A DNA stretch of 37,194 bases from Candidatus Thermofontivivens primus (GTDB lineage Bacteria; Sysuimicrobiota; Sysuimicrobiia; Sysuimicrobiales; Thermofontiviventaceae). The DNA is taken from contig JAVKJW010000022.1 in NCBI GenBank assembly GCA_031458695.1, positions 1-37,194 on the forward strand. Reading direction: 5' to 3'. Made by a program: the position numbers and the translations under genes. Positions 1 through 9,245 of the stretch are shown here, piece by piece. Below the pieces are notes generated by a model. The model did no database searches. It worked only from the letters and a program-made list of their open reading frames with translations, and was not told the origin of the DNA. The first letter of the stretch is position 1. Every line of letters starts with the position of its first letter.

Positions 1-2
1 CG

Positions 3-365
3 ATCCTCGCCGAGCTCACGGACAAAGTCTACACAATTGAGATCATCCCGCCCCTTGCGCAGGCTGCCCAAAAACGCCTCCAACAACTGGGATACACTCG
101 GGTCCAGGTCAAGATCGGCGATGGTTACCTGGGCTGGCCCGAGCACCAGCCCTTCGATGCCATCATCGTGACCGCGGCTCCCGATCACGTCCCACCTCCC
201 CTGATCCGCCAGCTCAAGGAGAAAGGGCGCATGGTCATCCCTGTGGGGCCTCCAGGTCTTGTCCAGACCCTCTGGAAGATCAGCAAGGTCCGTGGAGAGC
301 TCCAGTTCACCAACCTCGGCCAGGTCCTGTTCGTCCCACTGGTAAGGCAGTGGCGTGGGAAGTGA
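3..365 (+). CDS. pcm: Protein-L-isoaspartate O-methyltransferase, 5'-truncated by the window edge
   Basis: Frame open from nt 3: ILAELTDKVYTIEII...IGDGYLGWPEHQPFDAIIVTAAPDHVPPPLIRQLKEKGRMVIPVG, the typical PIMT motifs. Confidence 0.93.
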   Translation: MLAELTDKVYTIEIIPPLAQAAQKRLQQLGYTRVQVKIGDGYLGWPEHQPFDAIIVTAAPDHVPPPLIRQLKEKGRMVIPVGPPGLVQTLWKISKVRGELQFTNLGQVLFVPLVRQWRGK

Positions 366-2697
366 CCAAAAGCCAAGCCATCAGATAGGCCCCAGCACCC
401 ATCCAAAGGATCGCTGTGAACCCTGCGGAGAGGGCGAGGAGGGCGGCGAGGAAAGCGCTCACCACCGACGAGCACCCGTTGATTGCCCAGGCCCATGGGA
501 CCAACGACGGAGTACGCGCGCCGATCCGCCGCACGAGGGTGGCGAAGGGGAGTCCCATGAGAAACCCGGTAGGGAATAAAGAGGCCACGGCAAGGGCCAC
601 ACGGAAGGACAAGGGCTCCCCAAGGGTGACCAAGAGAAGGCGCGGGAGGAACGCCGCTGTACCAGCTACGGCGATCACCACGAGCACTAAGGGTATCGGC
701 CACCAGCGCTCGAGGCGCGGGGAAGAGAGGCTCCCAAACCCGGAAGCGACGAGCAGCGTTCCTGTAACCAGGGCCATGGAATAGGTCGGTGCGCCGAGGT
801 AGAGGATGAGGCGTTGGATCAAAGGGATTTCCACAAACAGGAAACCGATCCCCAGGAGGAAGAAGGTGGACCCGACAGGAACACGCCCGGCATAGGCACG
901 TTGTTCCCGAGATCCCCAAAACGGCAGGAGGATCAAAGCCAAAGAGGCGAGGATGGCAATACCCAGGAGCGCCACGAGGATCAGGTATCCCCCACCTCCA
1001 AACGGCTGCCACGTTCGCCCCCAGAGGGCTAAGACCTGGGGCACCTGCTGCCAGCGGAAGAAGTGGAAGAAGAACGGGCGATCATCGGAGGGGGCGCGCA
1101 CATCGAACGGGTAGTGGCGGAGGAACTGCCCCCGCTGCTGCCCGAGGACAGAGCGAAACGTCTTATAATACTCGTTCCCCGGCAGACGGTAGTAGCGGTT
1201 GGTCTCCTCTGGGAGGATCCCAGGAAGATACACGAGATCTAGCCTCCGGGAGGCTGCGAATGCCCGGATCACCTTGATCTCCTGCCGTGTTAGTTCCCCG
1301 TGCTTTACCAGGATCGTGGCAGTGTTCATCGAGCGGAGGGCGGCGAGGTGGCGCTCGGGATGAGGCACTCCCAACCTCACCAGCGCCTCTACCGCTATCG
1401 TCCACGCACGCAGTTCCTCGCTTGGAGGAAGCTGCAACCACCTGGTGATGACGAGGAAACCCCCTGGGGCGAGGCGGTTGTAGTAGTCTTGGAATGCCTC
1501 CACGGTGTACGAGTAGCTCTCCACAAGGGAGGTAGCGCCGGAGGCGATCACCTGGAATCCCTCAGAGAGGGAAAGCTGGATCACATCGAAGTTCAAGGAA
1601 GTCCTCCGGACGAAGGTACGCACATGCTCTATCACAACCTCCACCCTGGGATCCTGGAGGATCCCTCCCCCGAACTCCCAGACGGCCCGGGCGATGTGCG
1701 CGTCAGGCTCTACGGCCATGACCTTCCTGGCACCGTGGTGCAGCGCCGAAAGCACTTCAAGCCCTCCCCCCATGTTCAGCACGAGGATGCGGCCACGTCG
1801 GAGGCGGTAGACAACGCTGGAGGGGAGGTACTCGGTGAACTCCGCCGCTTTAAGCCCCGACCGCACGATCCCCATAAGGTTCTCCCCGTCGAGGGTCACG
1901 CCAATCTGCGGTGGGGGTCCAGGTGCAAAGAGATAGCTAAGCCCTGGGGCATAGCGGATGACAGGGCTCTCCACAACATCCACACGCCCCAGAACGCTCC
2001 ACCCCGTCCATACCTTCCTCGCACCTGGGACCTGTAGGGCTTGGCTCAAGGCCTTGTAAGGAGAGAGCTTCACCTCCCACCCTGCAATAGGGCGCACCAA
2101 CAGGAGGAGCGCCACAACGACCGCGCCCGCCCCGGACCATCGTCTCAGGGACTTCCGCGCGAAGAGAGGAGCTGCTACCGACCCTATCACCCCCGCCAGG
2201 GCGAGGGCACCCCCTCCTCCTATGGAGCCTACGAGAGGGACAGCCAGGAGGGCCCCAATCCCTGACCCGGCCAAGGAGCTTCCATAAAGAAGGCCAGCCC
2301 GCACGGGATCCCCTGCAAGGAGGGCTCCAGTACAGAGCCCGCTCGCAAAGAACGGGAAGACCAGGACAAGGAACTGCGCCGCTAGAAAGAAGACCTGCAC
2401 GGGCTCAACGGCGATGCGGTAGGCATCGAAGGGGATGACATTCAAGGCAAGGGCTGCGAGGAAGGTGAAGGGACCAAACAGCAAAGCGCTCCAGTACGCC
2501 ACCAGATTTGGGTCCTCTCGCAGCGCCGGGAGCATGGCCAGGGCCGTGCCGCTGGCCCCGAAGCCTAAGAGGGCGAGGCCAACAGCCATGAAGGCGAAGT
2601 GGTACCAGAATACCAAGCTGAACAGGCGCGTCAGCGTGATCTCGAGGAGGAGCGTGGCCGCGGAGATCACGAAGATCCCAGCCATCCTGGCGACCAT
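307..2697 (-). CDS. Polytopic membrane protein with central spermidine-synthase-like class I SAM-binding domain
   Basis: N-terminal TM block (LLEITLTRLFS...YHFAFM), SAM-like motifs (ILVLNMGGGLEV, VMAVEPD, FDVIQL, YTVEAFQDY), C-terminal TM block (PWAWAINGCSSVV). Start moved to ATG 2697, just after the upstream stop at 2700. Confidence 0.8.
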   Translation of the reverse strand: MVARMAGIFVISAATLLLEITLTRLFSLVFWYHFAFMAVGLALLGFGASGTALAMLPALREDPNLVAYWSALLFGPFTFLAALALNVIPFDAYRIAVEPVQVFFLAAQFLVLVFPFFASGLCTGALLAGDPVRAGLLYGSSLAGSGIGALLAVPLVGSIGGGGALALAGVIGSVAAPLFARKSLRRWSGAGAVVVALLLLVRPIAGWEVKLSPYKALSQALQVPGARKVWTGWSVLGRVDVVESPVIRYAPGLSYLFAPGPPPQIGVTLDGENLMGIVRSGLKAAEFTEYLPSSVVYRLRRGRILVLNMGGGLEVLSALHHGARKVMAVEPDAHIARAVWEFGGGILQDPRVEVVIEHVRTFVRRTSLNFDVIQLSLSEGFQVIASGATSLVESYSYTVEAFQDYYNRLAPGGFLVITRWLQLPPSEELRAWTIAVEALVRLGVPHPERHLAALRSMNTATILVKHGELTRQEIKVIRAFAASRRLDLVYLPGILPEETNRYYRLPGNEYYKTFRSVLGQQRGQFLRHYPFDVRAPSDDRPFFFHFFRWQQVPQVLALWGRTWQPFGGGGYLILVALLGIAILASLALILLPFWGSREQRAYAGRVPVGSTFFLLGIGFLFVEIPLIQRLILYLGAPTYSMALVTGTLLVASGFGSLSSPRLERWWPIPLVLVVIAVAGTAAFLPRLLLVTLGEPLSFRVALAVASLFPTGFLMGLPFATLVRRIGARTPSLVPWAWAINGCSSVVSAFLAALLALSAGFTAILWMGAGAYLMAWLLVTSHATALPVGRTGPGRGW

Positions 2698-2699
2698 CT

Positions 2700-3116
2700 T
2701 TATCTTCCCCAGAGACCCGTGGTATACGCCCTGGCAATGAGTCCAGCGAGAAAGAGGCAGAGAAGAGCCATCACCAGGGGTTCCCTGAAGCCCCCTCCCT
2801 GCCTGGAAACCCAGGCCCTCAGCCTGCCCCCAGGCTTGAGGCCATACTGGGAGACGACGGTGAGGAGGACGAGGAAACCGTAGAGGTAGTGAAGAGAGGT
2901 CTTCGGCCGCAGCCCGTTCACCCAGAGAATCCCACCAGTCACAATCTGGAGGACCATTGCGGCCTGGGCAACTGCAAGAAGGGCCCAAAAGACTGGCCCA
3001 AGCGTATTCCGGCCCCTGCGATGGGCTGCGTACGCCCATACCGAGCAGATAAAGTTAATGGCGATAGCCACCCCAACTAGCCAGAATATCCTGTGCGTTT
3101 CAAGGAGCATTTGCAT
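2700..3116 (-). CDS. Hypothetical 4-TM membrane protein
   Basis: Four hydrophobic segments, LHYLYG motif; fits between flanking minus-strand genes with gaps of 2 and 24 bp. Confidence 0.75.
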   Translation of the reverse strand: MQMLLETHRIFWLVGVAIAINFICSVWAYAAHRRGRNTLGPVFWALLAVAQAAMVLQIVTGGILWVNGLRPKTSLHYLYGFLVLLTVVSQYGLKPGGRLRAWVSRQGGGFREPLVMALLCLFLAGLIARAYTTGLWGR

Positions 3117-3140
3117 ATCACTGAGTCACCTGTCACCCAG

Positions 3141-5333
3141 TCACCTCTTCCCCTCCAATGGCCAGAGGGCTTGATAGATCCCGTAGCTCTGCAGGACCCG
3201 CTTGAGGTATTCCCTCGTCTCCCTATAGGGGATGGTCTCGACGAACCAATTGAAATTCCTCATTTCGGATTGCGGATTTCGGAATGCAGATTTGAGACCT
3301 TCAACATTCGAAATCCGAAATCCCAAATCCGAAATCGCCAATTGATCACGCCACTGGGAGACCGCACCAGGACCGGCGTTGTAGCCGGCGATGGCAAGCG
3401 CCACATTCCCATCGAAGCGCTTGAGGAGATGTCCCAGGTATGCTGTCCCGAGAAGGATGTTGGTCTCTGGATCGGTCAAATCCATTTGGGAACGCGGTTT
3501 TTGAAAATCCGAAATTTGTTTTGCTATGCGTTCCCCAGTGGACGGCATGACCTGCATGAGCCCCCTAGCCCCTGCTGGGGAGATCGCCTGGGGATTGAAC
3601 CGGCTCTCCTCCCGGATGACGGCGAGCACGAGAAGAGGGTCAAGGCCAAACCTGTTGGCGGCTTCCCTCACGTGATCCCAGAACCCCAAGGGGTAGGCGA
3701 GCTCCCAGAGATCCCGTCCAGGCTGGACTCCTTTCTCCCAGGACCAGTCCAGCATCTCCTCCACGAGAGCGATCCCCGCATGGTACTCCCCAAGGTCCTG
3801 GAGGATCCTCGCCAGCAGGGTACGCTCGGCGAGGCCCAGTTGCGTGGATTCGGCAACCTCCCTTGCCTCTGAAATCGCCTCCTGAACAAGGCCAAGTTCG
3901 GTGAGCGCAACGACCCTCCCCAGAGCGCGGGAATCCCTGCGAAGAAGGAGATTATCCCCTTTTTGCGGGAACTGGATTAGAGGAAGCCCCAAGAGGAACC
4001 GCGCCTGCTGGCCATAGTAAGTGAGGGGGTAGGTGGTAGCCAAGTATTCCAGGCGCTCCCGGGCTTGCCGGGAAGCGCCCCGGCGGCCTTCTAGGTACGC
4101 AACCCAGAAGAGCGCGCGGGAGGCGTGTGCAGGAGGAGAGACGCTAGCGAGCTTGAGGAAGAACCCTTCTGCTTCACGATCCCTCCCCCGCCCAACCCGG
4201 AGCCAGCCCCTCCGCCACAAGCCTTCCCATTGCAACGCCCCTGTGAATTGCCTGGTGACCTGTTCCAACGCTCGATCCGCCTCCCTCCAGCGACCCGCGC
4301 TCAGCTCCAGACTCGCGAGCTGGAGCAAGGCCCGGCCTGCCCACGTGCCAGCCGAAGACCTCTGAGCCAGGGAGCGGAATACCCTCCTCGCCGCACGCTC
4401 CTGGCCAGCCCTGAGGAGGGCAACTCCCTGCCAGTACCTGCTCGCGTCCCTCCACCTCCCCTGGATCGCTGCCCCTCTGGCGAACGCCCTGGCAGCTCCC
4501 TGCAGGTCTCCAAGGGAGAGACGCACTTGGCCCAGCCGGTAGAGGGATTCGGAGAGAACGGAAAGAGGGGGGCTAGAGTCGAGCACAGCCAGGAATGCCT
4601 TCTCTGACATCCTGAGTGCGCCCCTGCGCAGAAAGCCTATCGCCCGCAGGAACCGGACCTCGGCAGGGATTGTGGCGCGGAGGCCAGTCCTTGCTTCCAG
4701 GGCACGGACTCGTTCCCCTGCCAGGAACTCGAAGGGGCTCCCCGGGAACGCCCTCCACACATACACATAAGCACCGAGTGCCTCTTGAGGCTGTCCGAGT
4801 GCTTCGTACGCCTGCCCGAGGAGGAACAAGACCCTGTCCTTTGAACCTTCTCCTGCCTGAAGTGCCCTCTTAAGACTTGTAACGGCATTCCCCGGCTGTC
4901 CAGCCCGAAGGAACGCCTCCCCCTGCTGGAGGAGTGCCCTGGCGACGATCCTCTTGCACGGAGAGGTCGCAATCACCGTGTGGTATCGTTGGATCGCCTC
5001 CGCGAAGTTTCCCTGGGCTATCCAGGCCTCTCCCTCGTAGAATCTGGCCAGGTCTCCTAACGAGGAATGAAGGCGAGCGGCTGTGGCAAGCGCCTTCGTG
5101 GCCTCCGCAGGATGCCCGCGCTGAAGGAACGCATATCCTAGGAGCAGGGCCGCCCGGCCGTCCCTGTCCGCAACAGGTTGGAGCAGGGCGATGACCTCCT
5201 CCCAATGCCCCTGCCGGGCTTCCCGCGCAGCCTGGACGAGGAGAGGCGGGGTGGCACCTGGAACTGGGGGGACCAGGGCGAGGACCGTCGCTACCACAGC
5301 AAGTTGGATGCGAGCCCATCTCCTCGAAGGCAT
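3141..5333 (-). CDS. Soluble lytic murein transglycosylase with TPR repeats (Slt-like)
   Basis: Signal-peptide-like N-terminus (MPSRRWARIQLAVVATVLAL), TPR repeats, SLT motifs IREES, GLMQV, GYNAGPG, ETREY. ATG 5333 follows the rlmD stop at 5336. Confidence 0.9.
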   Translation of the reverse strand: MPSRRWARIQLAVVATVLALVPPVPGATPPLLVQAAREARQGHWEEVIALLQPVADRDGRAALLLGYAFLQRGHPAEATKALATAARLHSSLGDLARFYEGEAWIAQGNFAEAIQRYHTVIATSPCKRIVARALLQQGEAFLRAGQPGNAVTSLKRALQAGEGSKDRVLFLLGQAYEALGQPQEALGAYVYVWRAFPGSPFEFLAGERVRALEARTGLRATIPAEVRFLRAIGFLRRGALRMSEKAFLAVLDSSPPLSVLSESLYRLGQVRLSLGDLQGAARAFARGAAIQGRWRDASRYWQGVALLRAGQERAARRVFRSLAQRSSAGTWAGRALLQLASLELSAGRWREADRALEQVTRQFTGALQWEGLWRRGWLRVGRGRDREAEGFFLKLASVSPPAHASRALFWVAYLEGRRGASRQARERLEYLATTYPLTYYGQQARFLLGLPLIQFPQKGDNLLLRRDSRALGRVVALTELGLVQEAISEAREVAESTQLGLAERTLLARILQDLGEYHAGIALVEEMLDWSWEKGVQPGRDLWELAYPLGFWDHVREAANRFGLDPLLVLAVIREESRFNPQAISPAGARGLMQVMPSTGERIAKQISDFQKPRSQMDLTDPETNILLGTAYLGHLLKRFDGNVALAIAGYNAGPGAVSQWRDQLAISDLGFRISNVEGLKSAFRNPQSEMRNFNWFVETIPYRETREYLKRVLQSYGIYQALWPLEGKR
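3246..3345. repeat. Palindromic heptamer-repeat element (ATTTCGG-type array / CCGAAAT-type array) inside the slt coding sequence
   Basis: ATTTCGG ATTGCGG ATTTCGG AATGCAG ATTTGAG, spacer, then CGAAAT CCGAAAT CCCAAAT CCGAAAT; CCAATTGA on both flanks (3246, 3338). Confidence 0.8.
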
Positions 5334-5335
5334 AT

Positions 5336-6694
5336 CTACCCCCGGTCCAGTGCCACCACGCACTCCACGTGATAGGTCTGTGGGAAGAGGTCGAGAGGCT
5401 GGACAGCGCGGATGGTGTACCCCATGGGCACCAGGAGCTTCAGATCGGAGGCGAGGGTTGTGGGGTTGCAGGAAACGTATACCACCCGGCGTGGCCTAGC
5501 CATGGCGATCGCTCGTACGACCCGCCTCCCCGCACCGGAACGCGGGGGATCCAAGACGAGCACATCGGGTGAACCTGTCCTTGCAACGAGCGCGACGAGC
5601 CCTGTGCGGGCATCCCCGGCGAGGAACTCCGCGTTCGCGATCTCGTTGAGGCGGGCGTTCTCTCGGGCGGCCTCCACGGCCTCCGGGCTGATCTCCACAC
5701 CGAAGACCCTGGAGGCCTTCCTGGCGAGGGCCAGGGAGAAGGTCCCCACCCCGCAGTAGAGGTCCACAACCATCTCCTGCCCCTGGAGCTCACAGAGGTC
5801 GGTCACAACCTCCACGAGCCGTTCCGCTTGGGCTGTATTCGTCTGGAAGAATGTCTCTGGGCGGATCTTGAAGGTGAGACCTGCAAGGCGCTCATAGATA
5901 AAGGGACGACCCGCCAGGACCTCCACCTCGGAGAGCTGCACCGCGTCGGCCACCGCGGGGTTGACGCCACGGAGGACCCCTTTGATCTCCGGGTGTCTGG
6001 CCATCAGCGTGCTGGCCAGGTCCTGTGCCTTGGGAAAATCCCCAGGGGAGGTTACGAGAACTACCAACGCCTCGCCGGTCTGCCTCCCCTCCCGGATGAC
6101 CAGGTGGCGCAAGAACCCCACGTGGCTGCGCGGGTTGTACCCCGGGAGCTTCCACATCTGCACGAACTCCCTGACCTCCTGGAGGATGGCATTCATCAAC
6201 GGCGACTGGATGAGGCAACGGTCCACGTCGACGACCCTGTCAAAGGCCCCACGTATGTGCAGTCCAATCGGCCCTTCATGGTGGAAAGTGAACTCCATCT
6301 TGTTCCTGTATCCCCAAGGGTCAGGGGCTGGGATGATCGGGAGGATAGGGAGATCCTTCAACCCACCAATGTGTTCCAGGCTCTCCCGGACAATGGACTC
6401 CTTCACCTGGATCTGAGTCTCGTAAGAGATGTGCTGCCAGGTACAGCCGCCACAAGGGCCGAAGAACGGGCACGGCGGGGTCGTGCGGAGGGGAGATGGA
6501 GATTCGATGGCGACCACCTCGCCCTCTCCATAGCTGCGCTTCACCTTCAGGAGCCGGACGCGCGCAACGTCCCCAGGAGCAGTATCGGGGACGAACACCA
6601 CGAACCCATTCACCCGGCCTACCCCACGGCCTCCGTAGGCCAATCTCTGGATGTGCACGGTGACTTCGTCAAACTTGCGTGGGACCGTTGCCAT
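5336..6694 (-). CDS. rlmD: 23S rRNA m5U1939 methyltransferase RlmD (TRAM domain)
   Basis: TRAM N-terminus, Fe-S motif C-x5-CGGC, FFQTN, DLYCGVG, LDPPRSG, YVSCNP, DLFPQTYHVE. GGGAGA RBS before ATG 6694. Confidence 0.93.
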   Translation of the reverse strand: MATVPRKFDEVTVHIQRLAYGGRGVGRVNGFVVFVPDTAPGDVARVRLLKVKRSYGEGEVVAIESPSPLRTTPPCPFFGPCGGCTWQHISYETQIQVKESIVRESLEHIGGLKDLPILPIIPAPDPWGYRNKMEFTFHHEGPIGLHIRGAFDRVVDVDRCLIQSPLMNAILQEVREFVQMWKLPGYNPRSHVGFLRHLVIREGRQTGEALVVLVTSPGDFPKAQDLASTLMARHPEIKGVLRGVNPAVADAVQLSEVEVLAGRPFIYERLAGLTFKIRPETFFQTNTAQAERLVEVVTDLCELQGQEMVVDLYCGVGTFSLALARKASRVFGVEISPEAVEAARENARLNEIANAEFLAGDARTGLVALVARTGSPDVLVLDPPRSGAGRRVVRAIAMARPRRVVYVSCNPTTLASDLKLLVPMGYTIRAVQPLDLFPQTYHVECVVALDRG

Positions 6695-6721
6695 CGTCTC
6701 CCATGATAGCATAAAATGCTC

Positions 6722-6745
6722 GTAGGGGCAGGTCTCCGCGCCTGC
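6722..6745 (+). repeat. GTAG-type REP-like palindrome
   Basis: GTAGGGGCAGG-TCTCCGCG-CCTGC; shares the GTAGGGGC head with the perfect palindrome at 16031. Confidence 0.55.
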
Positions 6746-6923
6746 TTAATAAGGCGATCGCAAGGGGTCGTCCCTCCTAATTCTCCTGACCTTCTGTCCT
6801 GAAGATCTCCAACGCCTGCTTCATCGAATGGATCGCTGAAAATGAGGATCAAGGGGAAGGAGAGCGTACACCAGACCAAGAAATCTCTTCTTCCGAGAAG
6901 ATCCTGAGGAGGAACAACGGGAC

Positions 6924-7277
6924 GTGCGACTCATTGTGGATGCTCTGGGACCATATCTTTACCTCAAGGTCGACGACCCCAGCCAAGGGTATATGGTTGT
7001 GCGGCGCTTGATCGGGATCCGCGGCTGGATGACCATTGGCAAGGGGGAATGGCAGGTTCCTCTCAGCACGAAGGCCTTCGAGGCCATCCTGGATGCCGCG
7101 GAAGCGCTGGAGGCCGACCTTGTGCTCGTCCCTGGGATGACCAACCGCGTGCTCCAGAAGCTCAGCGAGGTCGAGGAGATGAGCCGTCCCCCTGCGGAAC
7201 CTCTGGCGCCTCCTGTGGACGCAACCACCAAACCTTCGTGGGAAGACCCCTCCGGAACAGGGAAACGCGGCCCATAG
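6924..7277 (+). CDS. Hypothetical protein
   Basis: GAGGAGG RBS upstream of GTG; globular-looking N-terminal part and Pro-rich tail; fills the gap between rlmD and the aldolase. Confidence 0.6.
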   Translation: MRLIVDALGPYLYLKVDDPSQGYMVVRRLIGIRGWMTIGKGEWQVPLSTKAFEAILDAAEALEADLVLVPGMTNRVLQKLSEVEEMSRPPAEPLAPPVDATTKPSWEDPSGTGKRGP

Positions 7278-7358
7278 AGTGTATCCGAGTACGACGAAAT
7301 CTTGTTTAAAAGATCTCACGAGAGGGCTCTTTGAAGGAACCCGTTGTTTCAAGAAGGG

Positions 7359-7398
7359 GCCACGGCAAACGTCCACAGACTTTTGCCGGGGTACTTAG
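7359..7398 (-). repeat. REP/MITE-like element, copy 1 (TAAGTACCCCGGCAAAAG family)
   Basis: Minus strand CTAAGTACCCCGGCAAAAGTCTGTGGACGTTTGCCGTGG; its TAA is the aldolase stop codon. Confidence 0.75.
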
Positions 7399-8462
7399 TA
7401 GGTGCGGTACCAGTCCGGCCCGATCCCTGCGGGGACGATCCCTTCAGCGAACCTACGATGGGCGAACCAGGGGACAGCGCGCATGCTCGCGGCATTGGCG
7501 CGCTGGAAGTTGTATACACCTTCTTCGTTGAGGAACTTCTCCATCGCAGCAAGGTCCGGGTAGAGCTCAAGGGCATCCTTCCAGATCGCCCTCCCACACA
7601 GGAATCCGCTCGCTCCCGCTTCACAGGCGAGCTCAACTTGGAGGAGGAATTCCCGGATCCCCACCCCTGCGCTGAGGATGACCCATGGAACGGCTGCGGC
7701 CGCGTCCAGCTCCCTGCAGAACTCCCGGACCTGCTCAAGGGAATAGACAGGCTCACGGGTTTTCCCATCGAAGACCTTATGGCAGAACTCCTCTGTGTAC
7801 TTGAGGTCCGCCGGGAACTCCAGCTTGAGCAGATCTACACGGTACCCTGGCCTGGAGAACTCCCTGGCGTTGGCGATGACCAGCTCCGGCTTGCGGCGAG
7901 CGTATTCCGGGGAGTCTGCGCTCCCTTCTCCCAGGGGATAGCTCACTACCTCCAGGACGAATGGGAGATCAAAGGCCGCACAGGCTTCGCCGACCTCGCG
8001 CACGATACTCTCTTGATGGGCCTTCGTCTCGGGGGAGAGGTCGAAGCGGTAGTACACCAGGAGTTTAATAGCGTTTGCCCCTGCCCGCTTGGCCTTCTCC
8101 ACGGACCAATCCTCCAGCAGGACCGTGCGCCTCTCCTGGAAATCCTCTTGCTCAACCTCGTATCCTGTCTCCTCAATGGCCAGGAGGAGACCCACACGCG
8201 AGGGGAGGGAGAGGGCAGAGTAGGGGAGCCCGTACACGGGATCAGTGAGGATGGCGGTCGCTTGGGGGGCAAGGGTCTTTGTGAGAAGAGCTTTTACCTT
8301 GGCCATCTCCAGGAAGGTCACATCCTCCTCAGCCTTCCCCGCCCGCTTGGCCAGTGTTGCGCGCATGGATGCTCGCTGGTCCACGGCGAGCATGCGGAAC
8401 CTGCCATCTGGACCAGCCAGCCTTGAGAGGTTGAGGAGTTTTCCCATGGAAATCGCTGTCAT
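7395..8462 (-). CDS. Tagatose-1,6-bisphosphate aldolase (LacD/YihT class I aldolase family)
   Basis: MLAVDQR, ILTDPVYG, AIKLLVYY, DLLKLEFP, PWVILSAGV, SGFLCGRAIW motifs. Substrate (tagatose-bisP or sulfofructose-P) cannot be resolved. Confidence 0.88.
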   Translation of the reverse strand: MTAISMGKLLNLSRLAGPDGRFRMLAVDQRASMRATLAKRAGKAEEDVTFLEMAKVKALLTKTLAPQATAILTDPVYGLPYSALSLPSRVGLLLAIEETGYEVEQEDFQERRTVLLEDWSVEKAKRAGANAIKLLVYYRFDLSPETKAHQESIVREVGEACAAFDLPFVLEVVSYPLGEGSADSPEYARRKPELVIANAREFSRPGYRVDLLKLEFPADLKYTEEFCHKVFDGKTREPVYSLEQVREFCRELDAAAAVPWVILSAGVGIREFLLQVELACEAGASGFLCGRAIWKDALELYPDLAAMEKFLNEEGVYNFQRANAASMRAVPWFAHRRFAEGIVPAGIGPDWYRTY

Positions 8463-8740
8463 CGCCTTCCTCCAACCCTCCCTCTATGCGAGGGGGAGCC
8501 GCGGGCCGGCACGAACCGAAGGGCTAGGGCCATTGCGAGGAAGCATAGAGCCGAAAGAAAACCAATCCACACCGCAAGCCTGCCTCTCCGCACCTCTGAA
8601 ATTACCTCCAACATTGAGCGAAGTCTACCTCCAGTGCGGCGAAGGTCACTCCAAGCAGTCGATAGCGCGTTCCAATCCTCTGCCAGGTTCTCCCGGAGAG
8701 CAGCTATCTCTTGCGTGATCTGAGCTGCTCGTCGAGCCAT
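8459..8740 (-). CDS. Small coiled-coil protein with C-terminal TM (DUF3618/YqjK-like partner of holin-family protein)
   Basis: MARRAAQITQEIAALRENLAEDW... plus one TM helix; overlaps the upstream gene end and has an ATGA overlap with the aldolase. Confidence 0.6.
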   Translation of the reverse strand: MARRAAQITQEIAALRENLAEDWNALSTAWSDLRRTGGRLRSMLEVISEVRRGRLAVWIGFLSALCFLAMALALRFVPARGSPSHRGRVGGRR

Positions 8741-9114
8741 CGCCGGTCTTCCCGTAACGTCTCTACAGTCCTGGGCAACAGGCCCCTCCTGAGTAGCCGC
8801 CTGCCTATCAGGGCGACGATCAGGGCGAGGACGAGGCTCCCCGCCATCACCACGAGGCTCGCCAGCCAAGCTGGGAGCACTCTGGAGAGGGCGAGGACCA
8901 CCGTCGTCAATATCAGAACGAGGGCGATGCCTCCGAGCACAAGGCTCGCGAGGAAAAGCGCAAAAGCCACAGCGAGGCGCCGGAGGGTCTCCTGGGCATC
9001 GGCAAACAGCAGGTCGAGGTGCCGGCGCAAGAACAAAGCAGCATGCGCGATGAAGGAAGCCACCACCGTCCCCACCCGGATCGCCTCAGGTTCCTGCGGC
9101 TGGTTGCTGCTCAT
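8704..9114 (-). CDS. Phage-holin-family (YqjE-like) 2-TM membrane protein
   Basis: Two long TM helices followed by PRTVETLREDRRWL; GGAGG RBS before ATG 9114. Confidence 0.78.
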   Translation of the reverse strand: MSSNQPQEPEAIRVGTVVASFIAHAALFLRRHLDLLFADAQETLRRLAVAFALFLASLVLGGIALVLILTTVVLALSRVLPAWLASLVVMAGSLVLALIVALIGRRLLRRGLLPRTVETLREDRRWLDEQLRSRKR

Positions 9115-9245
9115 CTCCACCTCCCTGAGATCACCGTGCTCCACTTGGCGAATGCAAAAACCCTCTACTCTCTTCGCAAGAGCCCTTCCCGACTCCTCCC
9201 CATGGCGAGGTGAGAAGGTGATACACTAGTTGGTGGGCGAGTTCC

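Noticed and set aside
8704..9114. Prophage suggested by a holin-family gene, a lytic transglycosylase and XRE/Cro genes
   Set aside because: No integrase, terminase, capsid or tail genes; these families are common chromosomal genes and are scattered among housekeeping loci.
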